Shown here: in pieces, positions 50,803 through 60,237 of the stretch | How positions within the stretch are numbered: the first letter of the stretch is position 1 | Layout of the letters: each line of letters starts with the position of its first letter | Source: Octopus bimaculoides | Taxonomy: Eukaryota | Direction: 5' to 3' | Assembly: GCF_001194135.2 (NCBI RefSeq) | Contig: NC_068988.1 | Location: 41,635,859 to 41,696,095, forward strand | DNA length: 60,237 bases | The notes under the pieces: model-generated | What the model saw: only the letters and a program-made list of their open reading frames with translations | What the model was told of the DNA's origin: nothing | Databases searched by the model: none | Made by a program: the position numbers and the translations under genes

Positions 50803-52808
50803 NNNNNNNNNNNNNNNNNNNNNNNNNNNNNNNNNNNNNNNNNNNNNNNNNNNNNNNNNNNNNNNNNNNNNNNNNNNNNNNNNNNNNNNNNNNNNNNNNN
50901 NNNNNNNNNNNNNNNNNNNNNNNNNNNNNNNNNNNNNNNNNNNNNNNNNNNNNNNNNNNNNNNNNNNNNNNNNNNNNNNNNNNNNNNNNNNNNNNNNNNN
51001 NNNNNNNNNNNNNNNNNNNNNNNNNNNNNNNNNNNNNNNNNNNNNNNNNNNNNNNNNNNNNNNNNNNNNNNNNNNNNNNNNNNNNNNNNNNNNNNNNNNN
51101 NNNNNNNNNNNNNNNNNNNNNNNNNNNNNNNNNNNNNNNNNNNNNNNNNNNNNNNNNNNNNNNNNNNNNNNNNNNNNNNNNNNNNNNNNNNNNNNNNNNN
51201 NNNNNNNNNNNNNNNNNNNNNNNNNNNNNNNNNNNNTATATATATATATATATATATGCAAAGTATTATTTTTGCTGGTGAGCAGACCTCATAGAAATTC
51301 TTGGTTGACCCAGCAAATAATATCATATAATTGCATAATCTTCTGTTCCCAACAGGACCTTTTTTTCTTTTATTTCAGTGTGTCCACACAATGTCTAATT
51401 GTATATAAAAGTCTGTTCACAGAAGCTACATGTAGTGTTTCAATGTTTCCACCTACATATTAAAAGCAATATATAATGTTCATTGTTAACTATTGAGGAG
51501 AAACTAAATCTGTTTATTTTCTCTTAAAATCCATCAAAATACAATCCTATACAATTGTTATATTTGTACAAAGTATGTAACAGCATGACTACACTACCCA
51601 ATAACCAGCACCAACAAAAAGACTGCACACAGACACACTCAGCCACATGTATAGATCTGTTTGTGTGGGGGAGTGTATGTATGACTATGTACACAGGCAC
51701 ACATACACACACACATACACATATACACACATATACATACATTGATATAAATGTGTATGTGTTTGTACATGTGTGTGTGTGTATGTGTGTGTGTGTGTAT
51801 TTGTGTGTGTGTGTGTGTGTGTGTGTCTGTGTGTGTGTGTGTGTGTATGTGTGTGTGTGTACCTGCCTACAAGCACATTGAGCAGGCGTACGGGTATCAG
51901 AAAAATATACTTATTGTGCATATATATTAATTCATGAGGAAAGTCCATGTTTACATGTATTTTGCTTAACAGCCATTTTTATGTACATTTCTTTATTAAA
52001 ACTGTCAGAATGGTCCATATGTGTCGCGAAACGTTTGCTGTACAGATATACGCAAATGTAAGCATGCATTCATTTATTGTTAAAGGTATAAATACACTTG
52101 TACATGTCCAACGAGGTTATTATTGTTAGCGTTCGCGGATGAATGTTAAATAAGAATAATGCAGACAGACACACAGACACATACACACACATCCACCACA
52201 ACACTCACACACGCACACACAAATATGTATTTGTAGTAAATGATTCCGTTTGATACGGAAGGAACCACAACGAAAGTACTCAATGAATCAATGAATTGTC
52301 GAGAATTCTTCGTCGATAGTCTCTGTCGAACTGTCGAGGAATGCAGCAAAAAGTTNNNNNNNNNNNNNNNNNNNNNNNNNNNNNNNNNNNNNNNNNNNNN
52401 NNNNNNNNNNNNNNNNNNNNNNNNNNNNNNNNNNNNNNNNNNNNNNNNNNNNNNNNNNNNNNNNNNNNNNNNNNNNNNNNNNNNNNNNNNNNNNNNNNNN
52501 NNNNNNNNNNNNNNNNNNNNNNNNNNNNNNNNNNNNNNNNNNNNNNNNNNNNNNNNNNNNNNNNNNNNNNNNNNNNNNNNNNNNNNNNNNNNNNNNNNNN
52601 NNNNNNNNNNNNNNNNNNNNNNNNNNNNNNNNNNNNNNNNNNNNNNNNNNNNNNNNNNNNNNNNNNNNNNNNNNNNNNNNNNNNNNNNNNNNNNNNNNNN
52701 NNNNNNNNNNNNNNNNNNNNNNNNNNNNNNNNNNNNNNNNNNNNNNNNNNNNNNNNNNNNNNNNNNNNNNNNNNNNNNNNNNNNNNNNNNNNNNNNNNNN
52801 NNNNNNNN

Positions 52809-52874
<66 letters not shown>

Positions 52875-53479
52875 ATGCATAGTCACACAAATAAATAAAT
52901 TCACTTTCCCTCTCGCAACTGTTTTCCAGTCATTATTTACATCCATCAATTTCCTTCAATATGTTCATGTCTGTAACTAATGAGGTCTTAGTGCAGCTGT
53001 TCTCGCTGTCTGACGTCTCTAAGTATTTTCGATACGTACATCGAAATATCACCATAATCATTGGTAGCATTGTCAGCATCAGCACCGTCAGAGTCATCAC
53101 CATCATCATCCTACTGGTCGTCATATTAAACATCGTCATCATTATCAACACCGCTATCCTCAATATCATTTTCCACAATGGTTTCTCTTGCACACGTTAT
53201 ATAAAAATGGGTAATCTTATTTCAAATTTTGCCTTTACCTTTTTATAATACCCAACAGCTCCCTCTTAATTCCTTCCATATTTTTTGCTCACCTTGAAGA
53301 TAAGAGAAAGTTATTTTGTTTTATACATGTTGTGTAGCCATTTATATCATCATTTATTCTTTACTTGATACTGTTGTAGTCCTGCAGCAGATATCTTATT
53401 ATTTTCTAGTTACATTTGCAATGAAACTCTTCTCATATGTTCATGATAAACATACATTTTTATATGTTGACGTTTTGGA

Positions 53480-54050
53480 AGTACGCTCTAAATTATGTCA
53501 TTATTTTCCTTGTTTCCCTATTTAGTTGAGAAACTTTATGGTTGTAACTTATTACAGTAAAAGCTTGTGTGCTGATACCTATTACCATATTTTTTGCATT
53601 TAGCTGTGTTTCATATACCAAGCGGATACGGCAATTATATTCCTTCCTAGTAAGCATTTGTATTTGCCTCATGTCTGTTATATTATGTTAGGCAAAGCTA
53701 ACAATCTAGAGATAAAGAAAAAGATAAGCAGAGCAGCATCCCCCACTGGATTTTTTTCCTAACAAGTATTGAGTTTTCCGTTTTTAGAACTCACCCAATT
53801 GTTTGGATAGTTTAGAATATTTTTCTTTCATTTGTGGCATGTTTGATGTACATGTTTGCTATCTTTTTCATGACCAGTATTTCTTCAATTCCCAATTTGA
53901 AAATACAATCCAGTTCCTTCTCGTAAACAATCCATGACATATAAGTATCCTTATTTCTTTTATAGTGTTTAGTTACTATATTCTTGATCTGTTCCTTGTC
54001 TCCAAGCCTTCCCTCCAAGCCTTTGCGGCATCACATGTCCTGTAGGTGTT
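53480..54050 (-). mobile_element. Decayed RTE-clade LINE RT fragment
   Basis: AWREGLETRN (cf. GFREGxGTRE), KNIVTKHYKRNKDTYMSWIVYEKELDCI (cf. IIEK..NKDxYxCFIDYEKAFDxV), KKIANMY, and GCCSAYLF (cf. QGCxLSPxLF). Confidence 0.6.
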
Positions 54051-54139
54051 ATATTTTTTCTTGAAGAGCATCTATGTGCGCGATAAGACGAGAAGGTTAA
54101 TTGGCTGTTGTTGGAAATTTATCTTTTACCTATTACTTA

Positions 54140-54548
54140 TTCTAATCATTGCTCTGTAGCAATGCTGGAGCACCGCCTTGAAAGGTTTTATTCGAACAAG
54201 TTAAACTCAGCACTTAATTTTTGTGTCTGGTGTTTATCATGTCGGTGTATTTTGCCGACCCGCTATTTTCGGAGACGCAACGCAAACGAAAAACAACACC
54301 GACAAATATACTCAGACATACATACATACATACATACATACATACATGCATACATACATACATATCTATATCTATATCTATATATATATAAGACGGACTT
54401 CCGCACAGTTTTCGTCTACCAATTTCACAAAGCATTGGTCTGCTTGGGGCTCTAGTAAAAGACAAATACCCAAGGTATCGAGCAGTAAGACTGAACCCGA
54501 GACCACTTAATTGTAAACCGAGCTTCTTAACTACTCAGCCATGCCTAC
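54140..54548 (-). mobile_element. SINE family B, diverged, with internal (CATA)n
   Basis: ATGCTGGAGCACCGCCTTGAAAGG tail; GACTGAACCCGAGACCAC and TTAACTACTCAGCCATG head. Confidence 0.8.
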
Positions 54549-54579
54549 CTGATTTTTGTCTTATCTTTGTTTTGTTTTT

Positions 54580-54800
54580 TAACATACGATCATTCTCTTC
54601 ATGAGTTATTCTTGCATCGATTTTGTCTCTTTGAGTAAATCGTTGAATATCGTGAAATATTTTAAGGAAAACCTTGACACTTGTTGATTACTTCTTCACG
54701 TTCTTTGCTATCATTGAATATTTATTTCTCCTCCCATGTTTCTTCTGACATTGTGCTTACCGACTCTAATAATTTCATCTGAAGTCATCCACTGTCCATA
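54580..54800 (-). mobile_element. Possible Tc1/Tc3-like transposase 5' remnant
   Basis: MIAKNVKK*STSVKVFLK...ITHEENDRMLK resembles IAxxLKRSxTxVxxFLK...LTxRExRxLxR. Confidence 0.3.
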
Positions 54801-54891
54801 GTCTCCTTCCGTCAAGATCTTCGCTCGCTGCCAGGTTCATTTATGAAACTTTGTTTTATTATACACGATCCTTAAAATTGATTATTTCTGC

Positions 54892-54955
<64 letters not shown>

Positions 54956-55166
54956 NNNNNNNNNNNNNNNNNNNNNNNNNNNNNNNNNNNNNNNNNNNNN
55001 NNNNNNNNNNNNNNNNNNNNNNNNNNNNNNNNNNNNNNNNNNNNNNNNNNNNNNNNNNNNNNNNNNNNNNNNNNNNNNNNNNNNNNNNNNNNNNNNNNNN
55101 NNNNNNNNNNNNNNNNNNNNNNNNNNNNNNNNNNNNNNNNNNNNNNNNNNNNNNNNNNNNNNNNNN

Positions 55167-55198
<32 letters not shown>

Positions 55199-55439
55199 TC
55201 TAAATATTGCGACATACGTGCCACAAATCTTGTGGAGGTGAAAGTTTGTCTTGATCTAATATAATTGTCAAGTATGTATGATAAAATCTCTGCGCCCACG
55301 TACATGGCAACATTTTTTTGTGATCTATAGATGCAGCCTGTGGAAGCCATTAGTAAAACTGTAAAGTGAATTTATGATTTATAGTTGAAAATGTCCGAAA
55401 AATAGAAGCAAAATGAATAATAGTATTCAAAGCTGATAT

Positions 55440-55543
<104 letters not shown>

Positions 55544-55964
55544 TTAAGTTGACAAAATATACATTAAAAAGTATTTTGTATATGATATCAGTCGATGAGA
55601 TAACTTTTCAAAGAAGGTTTTAAAGCGACAAAACACGAAACAATTACTTTATTAATAGCATAAAAAACTTTGGGTGAAAACAGAAAAAGTTATTATTGAA
55701 TTTGGCTCAATAAAATAAATCAGATATCCGTGTTATGCTTCTGCAAATTCGATATATATTCTTTTAGTATAGGGGGAAATAGTTAATGGATTTCACTACT
55801 ATTTCAAGCAGGTTGAATATGAATGTTATGCGTAGAATATGGATAAGATTACTCGTTGATTCATCCCAGAACACTAACGAAACAGTAACATAATAGGACT
55901 GTTTTCCCCGTTCAGTCTAGATATTGTTGATACAACCATGAGCAATGTTGAAACACCATAAGTC

Positions 55965-56393
55965 CGCGAACTGGCAGAATCGTGAGCACCCCGGACAAAA
56001 TGCTTAGAGGCATTACGCCTGTCTTTACGTTCTGAATTCAAATTCTGCCGAGGTCGGCTTAGCCTTTCATGCTTTCCGGATCAATAAATAAGTACCAGTC
56101 GAGCACTTGGGCTGATGTAATCGATCAGCCCCCGCTTCTCCAAAATTACTGTCCTTAAGTCAAAATTTGGAACCAATATTAAAACACCATCCCTTCCACC
56201 CAGTCGAGATGATTCTGCAGTAACTAAAAATGATAATGGTTTCAAATTTTGCCAGAAGAACATCATTTTCGGGGGAGTTGTATAGTCGATTACATTGACC
56301 CTCGAAATGATAGAAGGCAAAGTCGTCCTCGGCGGAATTTGAACTCAGAACGTTGTTCCAGACGAAATACCGCTAAGCGTTATGCCAGCTTAC
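55965..56393. mobile_element. Tail-to-tail inverted pair of SINE family A copies (+ ~55965-56180, - ~56230-56393); another - copy at ~56650-56850
   Basis: TTCAAATTCTGCCGAGGTCGGCTTAGCCTTTC on + and GGCAAAGTCGTCCTCGGCGGAATTTGAACTCAG about 270 bp later. Confidence 0.82.
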
Positions 56394-57077
56394 TGCCTAG
56401 AAAATAATAATACTACAATATCAATGTATTGATACAATGATAAGACTACAATGCCACATGAACATTATCCCCCCCCCCCATTCAGTTCAATCACATTAAC
56501 AACACCCCAGAACACTACAACAATACTATCTCTTTTCCTCAGTCCAAATACATCTATAGACACTAGAATAGTGTTAGAACTCTAACCCTTTCATTCAGAC
56601 CAGACATATCTACAGCACACAAAAACACTACATGATGGGTTAAAATATTTGTAAAAGGCCAACCAATGTAAGTGGGAGGTAGTAAGTTCTTTACATCGAC
56701 TCCAGTGTTTCACTGGTGCTTATTTTATCAACTTCCAAAGGATGAACGGCAAAGTTAACCTCCGCAGAATTTGAAATCAGAACGTAAACTCGCAAGAAAT
56801 GCTGCCATGTATTTTGTCCGACGCGGTAAGGATCCAGCCAGATCGCCACCTTATAAACCCTATATAATCATTATATTTCTATCACTCCCATTCAACCAAG
56901 AGGAATATATTTGTTTTAAAATCCCAGCTATAAGAAGAGCATTTACCTCATTAGATAACGATATTATGCTGAAATGGTGTTGCGTGATGAAAGGTTATTT
57001 GGTTGCGATCACTGCTACTACTACTACTACTACTACTACTACTAGTAGTAGTAGTAGTAGTAGAAGGATAATATCTC

Positions 57078-57116
<39 letters not shown>

Positions 57117-57918
57117 AAGTATAATATCTCTGTTTCTTGCCAAATCTTTCGACCATACCATAAATTTGCTTGATCATGGATGACAAACGGTTACATACCT
57201 AAAAAAGAGTCAAATCCCCTTTCAATAATACTCTATAATCATGTAAAATGAAGGGATACATTGGATAAGGCGGACCGTATAATCTGTGTCTGAAAATATG
57301 ATGGGGTTGTCGGGCTGGAACATCATTGTTCATAAACCTGTTCAATCAGGGCTGACTAATTGCTAAACGATAACAACAGCAACAAGTCAACAGAGTGGAT
57401 TGTAATAAGCCTTTATACTTGTTTAGTATAATAACTAAATCCTCCCCAATTCAAACATAAGTCAAACATCTGTTTTAAACATAAGTACGAGAACGAAATT
57501 TGTTTAGAAAGTGAAAACTCAATATTTCACTTTAAAATGTTTATATTGAGTTGTAAACCTGTAATATACATGGTAGTATATGATGGTTGGAACACGAAAT
57601 AGTGTCTCCTTGCTTGGTGTTCAAAGCCTTTTCTTTGACCGCCTCTCCTCCCACAAATTTTAGGGGATGTACTTAAAACCCTTGCAACCCCTGGTCCTCA
57701 GCCCATTTTTAAACAAAAAAACAAAGGCATGCTAAATAATGCTTTCATACATAGCCGGAAAAAATATGGCGGCATAGCCTTTGATCAAAGTTGTGCTTGA
57801 TCAGAGCTGACTTAGGATGACAAAAACAACAACAAAAACGACGACGACTGCAACAACAACAACAACTGCAACAATAAGAACAACAGGATTTATAGTACTT
57901 AACTTCACCAGTACTCAC

Positions 57919-58064
57919 CACTCTGAATTCAAAACGAACTTTGGCATTAATCCTTCTGAGGTTAACACGCTGACATGCTGACATCAGGATGCGACGGCTC
58001 TGATTGCAATCCAAACTGGTTGCTCGTTCTCGTATTGATACACCGATTCCAATCTCTACAATTT
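57919..58064 (-). CDS. Candidate 146-nt exon (EIVEIGIGVSIRERATSLDCNQSRRILMSACQRVNLRRINAKVRFEFRV), unidentified
   Basis: Open frame in non-repetitive, CpG-containing sequence, ending at a strong donor GTG|GTGAGT. The acceptor is weak, so it could be a first exon. Confidence 0.3.
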
Positions 58065-58234
58065 CTGGATTATTCTATCCTAATTAGAGATCCTATCTCT
58101 GTTTTTAATGTATTCTAAAAAAAAAACAGAAGGTCGATTTCTGTAAAAAAACGAGCAAACAAATAAACAACGATCATATGACAGAAAAGTTGTGTAATTT
58201 TGTTTTTAATATTCATTCTCTTTAAGCTAGTGAG

Positions 58235-58810
58235 CTACTAGAATTTTAGCACGTCGGACAAAATACTTAGTTACACTTCTTCATACTCTTTATGTGCTGA
58301 GCTCAAATCCCGCCGTGACCAGATTGCGTTTTATCATTTTCAGGACTTTTGCTTATTTCAGAGGGGAAAAAATCTCATCCTCTTAGCGATATCAAGATCT
58401 AAAATAATGTATTTCAAAATGAACTTTGCAAAGTAAAATGTAGGTTGGTAGAATCGTTAGCGCCTCGCAGTATTTCTTCCAGCTCTATACGTTTTGATAT
58501 CAAACTACGCCGAGGTTATTTTGTTGTCCACCTTCTTGGAAGTCGATAATATAATCTACTAGTTAAATAGTAGGGCCATAAATTTTCAGCTTTCTGTCTA
58601 TCTTAGAAACAATTGTTATTTCTATTAGAGTGGCAAGCAAACAGAATCGTTACTATTCTGGACAAAATGCGTTGCGGCATTTCTTCTGTCTTTACCTTCT
58701 GAGTTCCTATATCGCCGAGGTCGATTTTAGCTCTCATCTTTTCCAGGTCGATGAAATCGCCTATCCTCTCTCCCACAAAATTTCAGGCCTTGTGCCTGTA
58801 GTAGCAAGAA
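58235..58810 (+). mobile_element. Three tandem diverged SINE family A copies
   Basis: Heads at ~58235, ~58443 and ~58630 with GAG(C/T)TC(A/C)..CGCCG(T/A)G. The last ends CAGGCCTTGTGCCTGTAGTAG before (TAT)n. Confidence 0.7.
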
Positions 58811-58884
58811 TTATCATTATTATTATTATTATTAGTAGTAGTAGTAGTAGTAGTAGTATTATTATTATTATTATTATTATTATT

Positions 58885-59887
58885 TATTTTCAATCTGCAT
58901 GGTTGTTACAATCACTTGCCGAGACACACCCAGCGACCTAAGGCGAGTGAAGAATAGGTGTAACAGTACGACCGAAAGCTTTGGGAGGGTAAATGGCAGG
59001 GGCAGTAGCTAAATATCTTCATGTAATACAACACATACATTTAAATTGATAGGTTTTTTTCTAAGGATGTAGGCAGTATTTGTCACCACAATCTTTTGGA
59101 TTTCTCTGAGACATGGTTCTCCTGGGATATTATCTAGATGTTTCTAACATCCATTTCTTATAATACATTGGGCAACCACAATAACAGAAACAGTTATCGT
59201 TTTAAGGTGCCACATCTTTTGTATTTCAATTTCCAGGTCCTTATATTTACTTAATTTGGCAAATTCTTTTACAGATGTATTTTTGTCAGTGGGACACTTA
59301 CATCTATTAGTCTACAAGTATCTTTTTCCCTATCTTTAATGACTATGTCTGGTCGATTAGCCTGGAACGTTCTGTCGGTGTTGACTAGAAAATCCCAGAG
59401 GATAGTGACATTTTTACCTTCAACGACTGGCTCAGTAGGCAGGAGTACTAATTTTGTAGTGTTTACATATTTTTCAGTGTAAATACTGTCCTACCCTATC
59501 GTGGCAATTTTTGTATTCGTTTGGTGTCAGCACAGGACATCCCAAGACGAGATGGTCTATTGTTTCATCAAACTTATCGCAGAATCTGAATTTAGGGTCA
59601 AGAACCGTTTTGGTAGTTTTTAGTAAGCAAGCTTTGATCTTGTGCCGCCAATATAAAACCTTCAGTCTCTGCTTTCAGTCCTACGCTTCTCAGCCACTGA
59701 TGGGTTGTTGCATGGTCTACATCAGCATTTCGGATTCGAAGTATATACTCTCCATGCAGAGACTTATGGGTCCATCGTTCTTCAATTTTTGTCTGCCCGT
59801 TCTTTTTTGCAGTCTGTTTGGTGGCAGTAGTTTCAGATTCTTCATTTAATTCAAGGTTATTTTAGGTTCTTCATCTAATTCAGGGTT
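58885..59887 (-). mobile_element. 5'-truncated R4/Dong-clade non-LTR retrotransposon (RT thumb region, CCHC knuckle, restriction-like endonuclease, 3' UTR); frameshifted
   Basis: RWTHKSLHGEY..THQWLRSVGLKAETEGFILAAQDQSLLTKNY / FRFCDKFDETIDHLVLGCPVL / VTILWDFLVNTDRTFQANRPDIVIKDREKDTCRLIDVSVP / KEFAKLSKYKDLEIEIQKMW..TAYILRK. (TAA)n on both sides. Confidence 0.9.
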
Positions 59888-59908
59888 ATTATTATTATTA
59901 TTATTATT

Positions 59909-60237
59909 GTTCAGTAGTTTTATTTTTATAACGTACTTTCACTTCACTACCGAGCGCAGCTCTGTGCGCCTTGGGTATGTGCTGTGGTTTGCTGTGGTGC
60001 TCTTATGTTTACTGTATTGAAAGTGTTTTGCGTAGAATGTGTGCAGTGCCCAGTAGTGCAATTTTCTGTATGTTATATATATTTGTAAGTCCAGGTGTTT
60101 TTGTTATGTATTTGTCTGAATATTTTTTTATTATACCTAAGGCACCTACTATGATCGAAATTGTTTCTGTTTTTAGATTCCACATTCGAGTTATCTCTAT
60201 TTCCAGGTCTTTGTATTTTGAAGGTTTTTCCATTATT
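59909..60237 (-). mobile_element. 3' end of a second, better preserved R4/Dong-clade LINE (continues beyond the window)
   Basis: ORF 60009-60233 EKPSKYKDLEIEITRMWNLKTETISIIVGALGIIKK...IQKIALLGTAHILRKTLSIQ* is a typical R4-clade RLE C-terminus. A 100-bp 3' UTR ends in (AAT)n. Confidence 0.92.

Noticed and set aside
53706-53794. Perfect-looking 89-bp GT-AG intron on the minus strand
   Set aside because: It lies inside the RTE RT remnant, and all frames after the acceptor stop within 10 codons.
53812-54060. GHVMPQRLG..NIVT..N..W..YE read as a His-Me (Endonuclease_NS-like) nuclease after removing a 13-bp duplication
   Set aside because: The DxGH aspartate is missing, and the same bases fit RTE reverse-transcriptase motifs (GFRxG.GTR, FIDYEKAFD, QGC.LSP.LF) in the correct order over a longer span.
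974-55350. All ORFs over 150 aa in the track (e.g. 12548-13375, 26560-27863, 46960-48209, 50669-51463, 52146-52980)
   Set aside because: They are open only because they run through N gaps and dinucleotide repeats (YIYI, RERE, CVCV, LSLS). There is no real coding signal.

Overview
This is AT-rich eukaryotic DNA from a draft assembly, with many N gaps that almost all abut microsatellites. The very high density of (AT)n, (AC)n, (AG)n, (TAA)n and (TATG)n, plus several abundant tRNA-headed SINE families, points to a coleoid cephalopod, most likely Octopus (inference from repeat content, not a database match). I cannot identify any intact, nameable protein-coding gene, true tRNA or rRNA gene, or CRISPR array. 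The long ORFs in the track are artefacts of N gaps and simple repeats, and the only ORFs with recognisable protein similarity are retrotransposon remnants. The window is intergenic or deep intronic and contains: at least four SINE-like families (here A-D); decayed LINE fragments (R4/Dong-type restriction-like-endonuclease LINEs, CR1-like, RTE-like, I-like); Tc1/mariner and hAT-like MITEs and remnants; foldback hairpins; and a few weak candidate exons and promoter motifs. The most interesting signal is how the mobile elements are organised. Different families sit in different microsatellite classes: two R4/Dong LINEs are stacked in (TAA)n, a ~550-bp non-coding element is embedded in (TAA)n with the same polarity, one family is embedded in (TATG)n, and a palindromic element is embedded in (TA)n. 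A young SINE subfamily repeatedly joins its tail to AGAA sites, including the one in its own family's head. All identities and alignments were judged by eye, and most SINE and LINE boundaries are approximate.
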